Origin: an uncultured cyanobacterium
GTDB taxonomy: Bacteria > Cyanobacteriota > Cyanobacteriia > PCC-9006 > JAAUQQ01
NCBI GenBank assembly: GCA_963718615.1
Contig: OY970368.1
Span: 4,000,001-4,064,000 of the forward strand
Direction: 5' to 3'
Length of the DNA: 64,000 bases
Shown piece by piece: positions 19,577 to 30,017 of the stretch. The notes under the pieces are model-generated. The model searched no databases, was not told the origin of the DNA, and saw only the letters and a list, made by a program, of their open reading frames with translations. The translations under genes and the position numbers were made by a program. The stretch's first letter is position 1; each line of letters opens with the position of its first letter.

Positions 19577-20941
19577 TCAAAAGTCTTGTCGCTGGCTAAA
19601 TTTCACTTTCAGTCCGTCCCGTGGTTTGGGGGTTGGGACAATCATGAGACTCAAGTCTTGATTGGGCAACAGGGTCCATTGATACTCCCGCAGCAGTCTT
19701 ACGGCGAAGAGTTTCATTTCCAGGCGAGCGAATTCTTTGCCGAGGCATTCCCGCAGGCCGCCGCCAAAGGGTAAATGGCTGAAGGGTTTGACTTTTTCTT
19801 CGGCGCGATCGGGACTAAAGCGATCGGGGTCAAAGGTTTCGGGGTTGGGAAAGACTTCGCTGTCGTTATGGGTGGAATTGATTTGGTAGAGCGCAGACCA
19901 GCCCTTGGGAATGCGAAAGCCGCCGTACTCGCAGTCTTGTAGCACTTCCCGAAAGCCACCGCCGACCGGAGGAATCACCCGCATGACTTCTTTAATCACT
20001 TGATCGAGATAGGTCATTTGCTTGAGTAAATCCAGGGTGATAGGTTGTCCAGTAAACTGTTGTTGTTCAGCACGGGCTTTGGCGAGGACATCGGGATTTT
20101 GGGCGGTGAGGAGGCAGAAGCTGGCGATCGCCGAGGTCAAGGTCTCATGGCCTGCAAATAGCAACAACAACACTTGATCTTTCAACTCTTCGAGGCTCAA
20201 TTGTTCGCCCGTTTCTTCATCACGGGCGTTGAGTAGAATATCAAGGGCGTCGGTTTCAGGGCGATTGGGGGGTTGGGCTGGAGCTTGAGATAAGCAGGTT
20301 TGGCGATCGCGAATCAGCCGTTCGAGCTCCGCTAACAACCCCTTGCGATTGCGCCAAGCTTTGCCAAAAGCAGTCCAAGGCAAATTGACGGGAATCGTAA
20401 ACAGACCCGCACACCAGGTTTCAAACAATTCGCCCAGGCGGGTTTCGGCTCCATTGTCCAGTCCGATCAGCAACTTACAGGCAATATCCAGAGTGTAGTT
20501 GCGTAGCTCTGGGTACCAGGTGAGTTCGCCTAGGTTGAGCCAGCGTTGGCAGTAGCGATCGCTAATCGCCTCCATCGCCGGAATGTAGCCATCCAAGGCA
20601 CGGGGCTGAAAAGCCTGGAACATCAATTTGCGACGGGCCATGTGGGTGTGGCCGGACTGGAGGGCGAGGGAGAGGGGACCGAGGAGTTTTTTGACGCTGG
20701 GGGGCCAACTGACGCGGAAGTATTCGTTTTCGTGGGTGAGGATGAAGCGATTGCCGTCGGGGCCTTTGATGAAGATGGTGGGGCTACCGAGGAGGCGGGT
20801 TTTGAAGACGGGGCCGTGTTGGGCGTGGCGTTTGCTGGCGAAGCTGGGGTCGGTGAAGAAGGCGAGGGTTTCGCCGAGGAGGGGGAGGCCGAAGTTGCCG
20901 GGGGGGAGGGGTTGGGAGGTGGTAGATGGGGTGGGGGTCAT
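19577..20941 (-). CDS. Cytochrome P450 (CYP120-like)
   Basis: LPPGNFGLPLLGET, AGHETLT, EVMR, FDPDRF and FGGGLRECLG heme motif. Confidence 0.93.
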   Translation of the reverse strand: MTPTPSTTSQPLPPGNFGLPLLGETLAFFTDPSFASKRHAQHGPVFKTRLLGSPTIFIKGPDGNRFILTHENEYFRVSWPPSVKKLLGPLSLALQSGHTHMARRKLMFQAFQPRALDGYIPAMEAISDRYCQRWLNLGELTWYPELRNYTLDIACKLLIGLDNGAETRLGELFETWCAGLFTIPVNLPWTAFGKAWRNRKGLLAELERLIRDRQTCLSQAPAQPPNRPETDALDILLNARDEETGEQLSLEELKDQVLLLLFAGHETLTSAIASFCLLTAQNPDVLAKARAEQQQFTGQPITLDLLKQMTYLDQVIKEVMRVIPPVGGGFREVLQDCEYGGFRIPKGWSALYQINSTHNDSEVFPNPETFDPDRFSPDRAEEKVKPFSHLPFGGGLRECLGKEFARLEMKLFAVRLLREYQWTLLPNQDLSLMIVPTPKPRDGLKVKFSQRQDF

Positions 20942-21126
20942 GGCGATCGCGACGGTTTGCTTTTTTATTTTTATAAAGTAGCGCGATCGGGGACGAACGC
21001 CCTCGACGCTGTTTAAGCTCAACGCATCACGTCTTCCTACTCTAGGCTAGATTAGACCCAAAACTCTGATGTCACTGACCCAGCACTATCACCCTCTGCT
21101 TTTGGCGGGGAATTGGAGAAAAGTCC

Positions 21127-21408
21127 ATGCAGTATGTCTTAATCATTCATGAAGTGGAAGCCTACGCCGCCTGGAAAAAAGTTTTTGATGGTGCTGCGAA
21201 TTTAAGAAAAGCAGCAGGTGAGTGTTCTTACCAAGTGCTTACATATGAGAACGAACCGAACAGAATTGTTCACTTCTCTGCCTGGACCTCCACAAGTGCC
21301 GCAAGAAGATTTTTTGAATCGCCAGAGTTGGTGCAAATTCGGGCCGCAGCCGGAGTTAAAGCGCCCGAATTTATCTATCTCGATTTGCTAGATTCTGGTG
21401 TGCTGTAG
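21127..21408 (+). CDS. Small ABM/dimeric alpha-beta-barrel family protein
   Basis: MQYVLIIHEVEAYAAWKKVFD..FFESPEL..AGV; GGAG ribosome-binding site. Confidence 0.7.
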   Translation: MQYVLIIHEVEAYAAWKKVFDGAANLRKAAGECSYQVLTYENEPNRIVHFSAWTSTSAARRFFESPELVQIRAAAGVKAPEFIYLDLLDSGVL

Positions 21409-21426
21409 CGATCGCCCCACCCCCAA

Positions 21427-21987
21427 TCACCGCCGCACCCGTAACCACCCAAACACTTGGTCTACCGTCAACTCCAACGCCAAACCCTCCAAAACCGGCA
21501 ACTCTTGCTCCCCGCGCAACAGTACAGGTTCCCGCCCAGGCCGAAACACCAACACCGAATAATCATCTGGATCCAACAGCCAGCCCAACCGACATCCATG
21601 GCCCAAACAGTGAAGAATATTATCAATCACCCGCGTTGCCTTTTGGTCCGGCGATAAAATCTCAATCGTCCAATCCGGAGCCGCCATAAAATTATCCTCC
21701 GGCTCACCCAAATCATTCACCGGAATCCGCTCCCAGGCCACGATCGCCACATCCGGCACCACAGAACGCCCCCCAAACGTACAACGCAACTCCGGCAAAG
21801 CGGTATAAACCTCACCCGCAGCATCAACAACCCGAAGCAGATGCTTTTGGAGAATAGAGTGACGGGTTTTCGGCATCGGTTTTTGTAATATCTGACCATC
21901 AATATATTCCCAAGCCGGAGACGCTTCAATCTGGGGTAAAGCCAGAAAGTCTTCAAGGCTTAGGCGTTGCACCGAAGACAGGGTCAT
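21427..21987 (-). CDS. Uma2 (DUF820) family protein
   Basis: EYIDGQILQKPMP, PELRCTFGGRSVVPD, PDWTIEILSP. Confidence 0.9.
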   Translation of the reverse strand: MTLSSVQRLSLEDFLALPQIEASPAWEYIDGQILQKPMPKTRHSILQKHLLRVVDAAGEVYTALPELRCTFGGRSVVPDVAIVAWERIPVNDLGEPEDNFMAAPDWTIEILSPDQKATRVIDNILHCLGHGCRLGWLLDPDDYSVLVFRPGREPVLLRGEQELPVLEGLALELTVDQVFGWLRVRR

Positions 21988-22092
21988 GGGATCAGGCTAA
22001 CCGACGTAGCCGAGGAACGGACACCTGTCAGTATAATCGATCCTTCAGAACTACAATTTACCTTCTGCTTGATGTGGCCACAACTGGTTTGC

Positions 22093-22776
22093 CTAGGACA
22101 CCGCGCTCAGCCAAGGCAACGGCAACGATTCCGCTGGTACAATCTGCCCCCAGGGATTAAAGTCGTAGGCCTGAACCTGCCCCGTGCCGAAATCAATCAA
22201 TACAAAACCGGGTTCATGCTCTTTTTTGAGCGTTCCCCCGTTGATCACAATGAGTTCTCCCCACTGACCAACGGCTTTGACCATGCGGTAATGACTATGA
22301 CCATTGAGCAAATAACGATAGCGATCGCCCTGAAGCACCCCCTGAAGTTCTGGATTCGCCTGCCCATGGCTAAGACTATCCTCCGGCAAGACCTTTCCCA
22401 TGTCATGATCTCCCACCCCATGGCAGAGCAAGGCACACCCTTGGGGCGTCATTAGCTCTCGCGTGACGGGCAGTTGCCGTAAAAACCGCTGGGCGATCGC
22501 CGATAGCTGGGTAAACTCTGTACATTCCGGTCGATTGCGTAACTCCCCCGCGATGCACCAGCGGTCATGATTTCCCGCCACCGTCAAAACCTGATGATCG
22601 ATCAACAACTTACAGCAGCGCTCCAGATCTCCAAATCCATCCGTCAGGTCGCCCGTGCAGCAAAGCGTATCGGCTCCTTGGGCAAGGAGAAAGGCGATCG
22701 CCCGCTCCAGCAAAACCGCTTCTGCATGCACATCCCCAATCAGCCCCACTCGTCTTACCTTACGTCGCATCTCCAT
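22093..22776 (-). CDS. Calcineurin-like metallophosphoesterase
   Basis: GDVH, GDLTD, GNHD, CHG and GHSH motifs. Confidence 0.9.
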   Translation of the reverse strand: MEMRRKVRRVGLIGDVHAEAVLLERAIAFLLAQGADTLCCTGDLTDGFGDLERCCKLLIDHQVLTVAGNHDRWCIAGELRNRPECTEFTQLSAIAQRFLRQLPVTRELMTPQGCALLCHGVGDHDMGKVLPEDSLSHGQANPELQGVLQGDRYRYLLNGHSHYRMVKAVGQWGELIVINGGTLKKEHEPGFVLIDFGTGQVQAYDFNPWGQIVPAESLPLPWLSAVS

Positions 22777-22879
22777 ACCCTAGCCTACCCTGTCTCGGAC
22801 CTAACGGAACTAACCACAATACTGATTAAGAAAGCGCAAAAGGTGAAAAAAAGATACGGATTCTAACCCATCAATTCCC

Positions 22880-23770
22880 TCAATTTGAATCCCCATGGAG
22901 TTGGTACTCATCCCAGTAACAGACGGGTTCATAGCCGATCATCTGATAAATGTGATTCGACGTTAAATTGGCAAGCTCGGTGAATAAATAACAGACCTGG
23001 CAACCTTGATCCAGCAAATGATTGCTGAGGGCTGCAACGGCGGCGGCGGCGTAGCCGCGTCTTCGCTGCTCGGGCGGCGTATAGACCGGGCCGATACGAC
23101 CCTTGTTGGACCAAAACGCATTCCCCCCCACCAAGCAGACCGGCTGAGGCGTTGCCCTTGAGCCGATGTCCCAGAGAAACAAATGCCCCTGGGCCAACTG
23201 GTGGTCTGCCCAAATGGCCGAATCCCCCTGTAATCCCCCAAACACCTCCTGCTCAAAGGCTTGGCTCCAGTGGATAAGCAATGGGCGATCGCCCGCCACG
23301 GCCTGCCGCAATTTCCCCTCTGGCTGCGGGATCGACCGTACTTGCTGGAGCTGATGGATGCCCATGGCAAGCTTGATTTGATAGTTCAGTCCCGTCCAGC
23401 GCCCCATGGCCCGCGCAAAACAAGCCGCCTCCGCCTGGGGACCACTAAAACTAGGCAGGGTTTTCCCTAAGGGAACGGCTGCTTTGCTCCAGTGAGTTTT
23501 GATGTGATGGGCGATCGCGTCAATGCCATGGCGATGACGGGCACGGGAGAGCATCAGCGGTCGAGCGGCGGTTTGGATGGCGATCGCCTGCACCTCCCCA
23601 TCGGCTTCTACGGTGATCAACACGGGAGCCGATCGCTGAATACCGGGTAAGGGATGGCGCAACTGCTCGATCACAGCCAAAATTAGATTGTGTGCCGCAG
23701 GCTGAGCTTCCAAAAAGGGCAATACCCGTTCGGCAAAGGACTGGATCTCTTGGGTTTGTTGGATCTTCAT
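22880..23770 (-). CDS. GNAT family acetyltransferase
   Basis: RIGPVYTPPEQRRRGYA..LFTELANLTSNHIYQMIGY. Confidence 0.88.
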   Translation of the reverse strand: MKIQQTQEIQSFAERVLPFLEAQPAAHNLILAVIEQLRHPLPGIQRSAPVLITVEADGEVQAIAIQTAARPLMLSRARHRHGIDAIAHHIKTHWSKAAVPLGKTLPSFSGPQAEAACFARAMGRWTGLNYQIKLAMGIHQLQQVRSIPQPEGKLRQAVAGDRPLLIHWSQAFEQEVFGGLQGDSAIWADHQLAQGHLFLWDIGSRATPQPVCLVGGNAFWSNKGRIGPVYTPPEQRRRGYAAAAVAALSNHLLDQGCQVCYLFTELANLTSNHIYQMIGYEPVCYWDEYQLHGDSN

Positions 23771-23805
23771 ACTTTGACTCAAACATTGCATGCAAAAATA
23801 GGGCA

Positions 23806-24420
23806 ATGAATCGAACGCTGTTTGGCTCCCTGGAACTGTTGTGTGCTATAGGATTATGCCTTGGAGGAGGGGCGATCGCCTTTCCTCAGGCTAGCCTAGC
23901 TCAACCGCTGCACTTGGCCCAAGCCGCCCCTAGCACCAGTCCGCCGTCGATTTGGAAGCTATTTCGGCCAGTGGGTGGGGGCTTTTCCGTGCTGATGCCG
24001 GGGGAGCCGGTGCCCATGGGGGCTTCGTTCCAGGTCCAAACGGTGCCTCTGACGCTGCGACAGTTTGTGGCGGCTCAGCAAGACGACCAGGTGATTTATA
24101 TGGCGGGCTGGCTGGATTTACCCGGCGATCGCCTAGAGGGACCAACGGTGGCGTCCTCCCTCGACAGCGTGCGGGAAGGGTTTCGATCGCGGCTGAAGGG
24201 ATCCGTAGTCCAAGAGTTCGATTTGCAACTGGAAGGCAATCCCGGTCGTCATTTTAAGCTGGAGGCATTGGTGGGCGATCGCCCCTACAGTATCACCCAG
24301 CGGGTCTATCTCAAGGGAAACCGTTTATACCAAGTTACGGCGATGGTCCCCCAGACCCTGGAGAGCAATCTGGTCCAAAGTGTTTCGGGATTTCTACAGT
24401 CGTTTCGGTTTGTACCCTAG
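23806..24420 (+). CDS. Hypothetical secreted protein
   Basis: Signal peptide; GGFSVLMPGEP, LEGNPGR and RVYLKGNRLYQV..FLQSF motifs. Confidence 0.7.
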   Translation: MNRTLFGSLELLCAIGLCLGGGAIAFPQASLAQPLHLAQAAPSTSPPSIWKLFRPVGGGFSVLMPGEPVPMGASFQVQTVPLTLRQFVAAQQDDQVIYMAGWLDLPGDRLEGPTVASSLDSVREGFRSRLKGSVVQEFDLQLEGNPGRHFKLEALVGDRPYSITQRVYLKGNRLYQVTAMVPQTLESNLVQSVSGFLQSFRFVP

Positions 24421-24432
24421 TTAGCTTGTACC

Positions 24433-25596
24433 CTAGTTAGCTTGTACTTTAGGCATCGCCCCCCGCTGGGATTGGAGCGTAAAGTAAAAAGTACTGCCTT
24501 TACCGGGACAACTCTCCGCCCAAATCTTGCCGCTGTGGCGGTGAATAATGCGCTGAACGATGGCGAGTCCGACCCCATTGCCTTCGTATTGCTGATGGTG
24601 ATGCAACCGCTGAAAAGGCACAAAGAGCTGACTGGCGTCCTCAGGATCAAAGCCAATGCCATTATCCCGGACAAAATAAATAGGCTCGGTGACAGGGACT
24701 ATCGGTTGATGAGGCAACACTTGCAATTCTGGTAAACGTCCCAGTTCAATCCGCGTTGATGGAGACCAGCGGGTATATTTCCAGGCATTGCCCAGAAGAT
24801 TGTCTAGCACCATCTCAAGCTGACGCTCATCGCCCTCTACCCAGAGATTGGGGGCGATCGCGAAGGTTGCTTCACGCTCCGGTTGAGTGAGCTGTAGATA
24901 TTCTGCAATGGCAGTAGCGCATTGGCTCAGATTGACCCGCACCGGCCTAAAGGGTCGGTAGCGCACCCGCGAGAGTTGCAACAGGTCTTCCACCAGGGTT
25001 TTCATCCGCTGGGCAGCGGTTCGCAACAGCTTCAGATAGGACCGTCCGGAACCGTCGAGGTCGGGGTCAAATTGCTCCAGGATCAGCTTGCTATATTTCT
25101 CGATGTGGCGCGAATAGCCCCACAGATCATGGGAAACCGTCTGGCAGAAGGCTTCCATTTCCTGGTTCATCAGTTCTAGCTCGTGGGTGCGCACCTCAAG
25201 CTCCTGCTGACGCAGGTTCCGCTCGGTGATGTCGCGCAGGGAGACCAGATAGGATGGCTCTCCCTCCCAGTCCACCGGGACGACGCGCATTTCTGCAACA
25301 TAGGGCGGTAGCTCTGAGGCTCGTTCTGCGAGCTGTTGCGAAGATCGTTCTGATGATTTTTCTGATGACTTTTCTGGCGGTCGCTGAATGCGAACCTCTG
25401 TTTTATCCTTGCCCACGATGGGATAGCCAAATATTCGCCCACAAAGCTCCTCGACGGAACGGTTGAACAGTGCCGCTGCGGCAGGATTAGCAAAGGAGAT
25501 GCGACCTTCCTGATTAACGACCAAAATTCCATCAGCGTTATGAGCAACTAGCGTCCAGAGCAGTTCCTCACCAGGTCGCCAGACTCGCTGAGTCAT
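24433..25596 (-). CDS. PAS-domain sensor histidine kinase
   Basis: PAS (ADGILVV..FANPAA..LRDITER), H-box SHDL, N-box NLLGNAWKY, DNGIG, GNGVGLAIV. Confidence 0.9.
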   Translation of the reverse strand: MTQRVWRPGEELLWTLVAHNADGILVVNQEGRISFANPAAAALFNRSVEELCGRIFGYPIVGKDKTEVRIQRPPEKSSEKSSERSSQQLAERASELPPYVAEMRVVPVDWEGEPSYLVSLRDITERNLRQQELEVRTHELELMNQEMEAFCQTVSHDLWGYSRHIEKYSKLILEQFDPDLDGSGRSYLKLLRTAAQRMKTLVEDLLQLSRVRYRPFRPVRVNLSQCATAIAEYLQLTQPEREATFAIAPNLWVEGDERQLEMVLDNLLGNAWKYTRWSPSTRIELGRLPELQVLPHQPIVPVTEPIYFVRDNGIGFDPEDASQLFVPFQRLHHHQQYEGNGVGLAIVQRIIHRHSGKIWAESCPGKGSTFYFTLQSQRGAMPKVQAN

Positions 25597-25710
25597 AGGG
25601 AGCAATAGGAGGTAGGGTTGAGCAAAACGGGGTTAGCTGAGCTTGACTCTACTCTACCTGGTTTCCGCCCGGAAAACAGCCTGGGGGCTGGGCCTGCTTT
25701 AGCTGGAGGA

Positions 25711-26007
25711 TTAGCTGGAGGATTTACCGTTGGTACCGTTGAGGTATTGTTCTGGGGCGATCGCCCCCAGATCAGACAAATCCCCCACCATTCGTTGGGG
25801 CGGCAGCGGCAACTCCCGCAGCAGGGTCGGCGTTAGTAAAATGCCTTCGGCTTCTGCAAGCTCCGGTTCTTCTAAAACATCAATAATCGTCAGCTGATAA
25901 CGGCCAGGTAATTGCTGCTCGCAATAGCGAATGACATTCTCTAGGGCTCTTTGATCCGCAACCGAATCACTGGAAATGAACAATCTGAAGGAGTAATTTT
26001 GAGCCAT
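25711..26007 (-). CDS. kaiB: KaiB-family circadian clock protein (orphan paralogue)
   Basis: FRLFI..ALEN..CEQQLPGRYQLTIIDVLEEPELAEAEGILLTPTL..LPLPPQRMVGDLSD. Confidence 0.85.
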   Translation of the reverse strand: MAQNYSFRLFISSDSVADQRALENVIRYCEQQLPGRYQLTIIDVLEEPELAEAEGILLTPTLLRELPLPPQRMVGDLSDLGAIAPEQYLNGTNGKSSS

Positions 26008-26635
26008 AAATCATCTATGAATTGAGCTTGATCTGGGATAAGTTCTCACCTAAGTTGAAAAGCTCCTTTAAAAGCTCCTTCGATGAATTGAATCTCCCAG
26101 TCGCTATGTTGATCTTTTTTATTGCTGTTGATTTAGCAAATGGTCTAGCAGATCTAGCAGACTTGGCCAAGACACTGGCTATAAAGGTCTCTTTTGACCA
26201 AGAGAGCGTTCTTTACAAAAGTAAAGGACTTGTTTAGGGCTGCACCTAAAACTATATTAAGACTTTGGGATCAGGGGTTCTTGGGCTCTATTTAGGGTCG
26301 ATAGCTTGCTAAAATGGAGCGTTAAATCTTAAGAAAAATAAAAGTATTTGTGCAAAGACGATCGCATTGTACTTTTCGATTTTGCGAGAAAATGGCGATC
26401 GAGAAATTCTCGTTTCTGGAGTCTATATAAAATCCTGATACTTGCAATAAGTTCTACTAGATTTTTAGGGAATGATACCGTTCTCGAAAAAATGGGCAGT
26501 ATAAGGGTTCAGATAGAAACGCCCCATCTCGCTGAACTAGTCTCTCCTTTTATTCATCCTGCAATGTCTGATGCCCTCTTGGATCTTCTGGCTCCCACCC
26601 GAGCGCAACACCTCTAGATAGATCCAACTCCCACT

Positions 26636-27100
26636 ATGCGGTCATCTCAGCAACTCCAGGAACGCATCGTTACGTTTCTTCAGCAGTATGCAGCAGGCAC
26701 TCGCGTTTTTACGCGGGTGGTCATGCGCAATAATCAACCTGTGGTCTCAGGCCCTAATCTGGAGGGGGCGAACCTGAGCGGAACGCACCTGGCTAATATT
26801 GTGCTCAATGGTGCTTATTTACCTCAGACCAATTTTAGTTGGGCGAACCTTCAGGGGGCAGATTTAAGTGAAACCAACCTGGATTCTGGTAACTTTTGGC
26901 ACGCGAAGTTAATTGAAGCCAAGCTCAAGGGAGCCAAGCTCAGTCAAGCGTTTTTAGTCGGGGCAGACCTGACGGGAGCGCACTTGGCCGGAGCGGACCT
27001 GAGCTATGCCAATCTCAAGGACGCAATTCTCAACGGCACCAATTTGGACGGTGCAGTCCTGACCCAAACGGTGATGCCGGATGGGTCAGTGCACGATTAA
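26636..27100 (+). CDS. Pentapeptide repeat protein
   Basis: A(N/D)LXX repeats; ends MPDGSVHD. Confidence 0.9.
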   Translation: MRSSQQLQERIVTFLQQYAAGTRVFTRVVMRNNQPVVSGPNLEGANLSGTHLANIVLNGAYLPQTNFSWANLQGADLSETNLDSGNFWHAKLIEAKLKGAKLSQAFLVGADLTGAHLAGADLSYANLKDAILNGTNLDGAVLTQTVMPDGSVHD

Positions 27101-29922
27101 CGGTTTCGGGAATCACGAATTTTCGGGGCACCCATCGGTTTGCGTTTTTTCATCAGCCAAAGCACTACCCCAGCGGTCAGTACCGGGGTTAGCGGCGAAG
27201 GCTCGGGCACGGAGGTGTTTGCCTGTAGCGGGTTGAAGGGTTTTTCTAGGGTTTCCTCGCCCGATTCGACGGTGCGGTCAAATCGATCCGCTGCGGCTTC
27301 TGCCTCGGCGAGGAGGCGACGCTGTTCGTCGTTGACCAGGACAATCATCGATGAGTAGGGGGTGACGATTTGGTGCTGTTTGGCGATCCGATGAATGCCA
27401 TCTAAGGCTTCTGCGGTGGTATCTAGGCGACGGCTCAGGTGCTGAATCAACTGTCGGGCGGCGAGCGGGGTAACGTCAGGGGCGATCGACCCATTCGAGG
27501 GTTTAGCGAGGGCTTGGACCGACCAAGCATAACCATCGACTACGGTTTGAGCGCTGAGTTTGGCTTGGGTTGCGGCCCGCTGGAGGACGGGGGCGATCGC
27601 CCGTTCGGCTCCCCCGCCACTGTCTTGCATCAGCTTCAGCACCCCATCATCATAGGCCGGGGGAAGTTTCCCCAAATGCACCATCCAAAGCGGTGCTTCC
27701 ACTGCCGGTAACTGACCCCCCTCTGTGGAAAGCTCGTAGGTATCCCCATCGGTCAGAACCACAATGCCATCGTAGGCAGTCTTGCCCTTGAGCTGGTCAA
27801 ACTGTTGGAGCATGGTTTTGAGCTCTAGGCTGCCGTAGAAAGAAACCTGAGCAGGATTAAACTGCCGCAGATCGTCTAGGCGTTCCGGTTGGGCTTGGCT
27901 AGCAGCCGTTAAGAACAGGTCGGCGTCGTTGTTGTTGAACTGATTGTCGGCAAAGCCTTGGTGCTTCAGCCATTGGAAGGCTTCTGCTAGTTCCTGGGGA
28001 TGTTGGGCCATGCTGCGAGAGCGATCGAGGACGATCGCCCAACGCTGTCCCTGGGGAAGAACATAATCTTGAGGCTGGAGGGGCTGTGCTGTGATTCCGT
28101 AGCCCTCTAGTTCAATGTGATGCTGCTCAGGAGGGGCTTGGGATTGGGCAAGCAGAAAAGCCGGTAGCCAAGGTTCCGGATCCTGACCCTGGCTAGACGG
28201 ACTCAATCTTTCCCCATTCACCCTTTCCCCATTCACCCAGCGTTGGGTTTTGCCAGTCCAGAAAATATTGCGCTTCTCCCCCAGTTGCGGCAATGGCCAG
28301 CCCTGGTCCGTCTTCATCACCTGGTAGGTCATCCAGAGATGCATTTCCGTCGGCTGGTTTTCTAGGCGCGTGCCATCAGCGGCCCAGCCGGGTACCTGAG
28401 GCGGTACGGGAAAGGCGCGTAGCCGATAGTGCCGAGGCCCCACCTGTTCGAGCAGGGCGGGATCCACGGGATTGACTCGTTGTACCTGGGAATTGTAGAC
28501 CTTTTGGGCCGCGCCTCGGGGAGAGACCTGGGGCTGAAAGCGTTGGCTCAGATCCGCTGTGTCGCCCAGCCACAGCCCCGTTAACACTGCACTTTCCGGC
28601 AGCGAAAAGGAGTAATAGACTTCCTGAACATCATTGGTTTGATTTTTGTAGACCTCGTGGAGTTCCACCTCGGCCCAGTCGCCCCGCTCGGTGACATCCA
28701 ACCGCTGTTGCGCCAGCAAAACCTTTTCCTGATTAATATTCAGCAAGCCCGCCTTGGCCTGATCTCGATTGGCTGTGGCATTGAGGGCCTTGCGGATGGC
28801 GACGCTTTCGGCTTTTTGAATAGGCTGGTCAAAAAATTGAGCGTAGAGTTTGGCGGCTTTTTGAGCGTCGTTTTGACCTTGGCTTTGGTAGAGAAACGGC
28901 GAAAACAGTTGGCTATAGAGCGACTGTAACCGTTGGGGGAGGTCACCGCTCTCGGGAAAGGTTTGTTCGTAGATGTTCTGAATATGATTGTTGTCTTTGA
29001 CAGAACTGATATAACGGTAATCCGCAAGATAGGCATTGAGCAATCCTTGGCGGATTCTGTCGGATTGGCGCAGAAGCTGCTGTTCCTGTTGGGGCGTACT
29101 GGCGGCGGTTTTCAGCAGGGCAAAGGCTTGGGTTTGGGGTTGATGGTTGAGCTGATTGAGGACTAAACACCAAGTGGCGAGCGTTGCCAGACCGAGGGCG
29201 ATCGCCTTCCCCCGTCCCCACTGTCGACCCAATTGGCGAGCCCCTTCCTGCCCCGTTTGGATATAGAGCCCCACGAGCATCACCGGAGCCGTGATCAACA
29301 GCGTGGCGCTCAGCCAAAGCAGAATCAGGCCTGCCGGTGCCGCCAGAAATAGCCCAGCCCCGTCCTGGCGCAGGGCATCCCAAAAGACACTAACCCAGCT
29401 AAACGAGAAAAATCCTTCGAGGAGCACATAGGCGCTGGGGATCGCATAGAACAGCAGTAGACTGCCGCCATAGAGACCCATCAAAAGCATGAGGCTGTGG
29501 AGGATGGCCTGGGCGATCGCCCACCCCCGCTGCCGCGCATACCCTCTAATTAAATACAACCCAAAGGCACCCATACTCAGCAGCAGACTGCCCAGCAGCC
29601 AATTGCCCGCCGGACTCAGCTCCCGCAGGGCAAAGAGCCGCACCAGACAGAGCAGAAAGAGGGGAATTTCAACCCCATAGAAAAGACTGAGAATTTTGCG
29701 CGGCTGCTTGATGAAGCGCAGGCCCAGCCCGATGGCGCACACCGGAACCAACAGCAGCAACGCTAACGAAATCGCGAAGATGGTGGGAACTTGGCCGAGG
29801 GCGATCGCCTGAATCAGCGGCCATCCCACCGTCGGCAAAATCCCCAAATACACGATGTAAACGAATAAAAAATTCCAAAGCCAAAACGTACTCTGGGCAA
29901 AAATCGCAAAAAAAAGCTTCAT
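27097..29922 (-). CDS. PEP-CTERM system integral membrane protein (TIGR02921-like) with VIT and VWA-like regions
   Basis: Multi-TM N-terminus; VIT-like FSLPESAVLTGLWLG..PRGAAQKVY..DPALLEQVGP; VLDRSRSM; IVTPYSSMIVLV; C-terminal VPEP, TM helix and basic tail. Confidence 0.85.
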   Translation of the reverse strand: MKLFFAIFAQSTFWLWNFLFVYIVYLGILPTVGWPLIQAIALGQVPTIFAISLALLLLVPVCAIGLGLRFIKQPRKILSLFYGVEIPLFLLCLVRLFALRELSPAGNWLLGSLLLSMGAFGLYLIRGYARQRGWAIAQAILHSLMLLMGLYGGSLLLFYAIPSAYVLLEGFFSFSWVSVFWDALRQDGAGLFLAAPAGLILLWLSATLLITAPVMLVGLYIQTGQEGARQLGRQWGRGKAIALGLATLATWCLVLNQLNHQPQTQAFALLKTAASTPQQEQQLLRQSDRIRQGLLNAYLADYRYISSVKDNNHIQNIYEQTFPESGDLPQRLQSLYSQLFSPFLYQSQGQNDAQKAAKLYAQFFDQPIQKAESVAIRKALNATANRDQAKAGLLNINQEKVLLAQQRLDVTERGDWAEVELHEVYKNQTNDVQEVYYSFSLPESAVLTGLWLGDTADLSQRFQPQVSPRGAAQKVYNSQVQRVNPVDPALLEQVGPRHYRLRAFPVPPQVPGWAADGTRLENQPTEMHLWMTYQVMKTDQGWPLPQLGEKRNIFWTGKTQRWVNGERVNGERLSPSSQGQDPEPWLPAFLLAQSQAPPEQHHIELEGYGITAQPLQPQDYVLPQGQRWAIVLDRSRSMAQHPQELAEAFQWLKHQGFADNQFNNNDADLFLTAASQAQPERLDDLRQFNPAQVSFYGSLELKTMLQQFDQLKGKTAYDGIVVLTDGDTYELSTEGGQLPAVEAPLWMVHLGKLPPAYDDGVLKLMQDSGGGAERAIAPVLQRAATQAKLSAQTVVDGYAWSVQALAKPSNGSIAPDVTPLAARQLIQHLSRRLDTTAEALDGIHRIAKQHQIVTPYSSMIVLVNDEQRRLLAEAEAAADRFDRTVESGEETLEKPFNPLQANTSVPEPSPLTPVLTAGVVLWLMKKRKPMGAPKIRDSRNR

Positions 29923-30017
29923 GGTCAGCCCTGGCATCGAGCCGCAACAACGGGGCAAATTCCCTTGGAAAGATCCACACCCAGCATGAGTGTTTTTCCG
30001 GAGGCTTGTCTGAACGC

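Noticed and set aside
26008-26635. Possible kaiC remnant or small ORFs upstream of kaiB
   Set aside because: No KaiC-like peptide recognised; the short + strand ORFs have no motifs or ribosome-binding site
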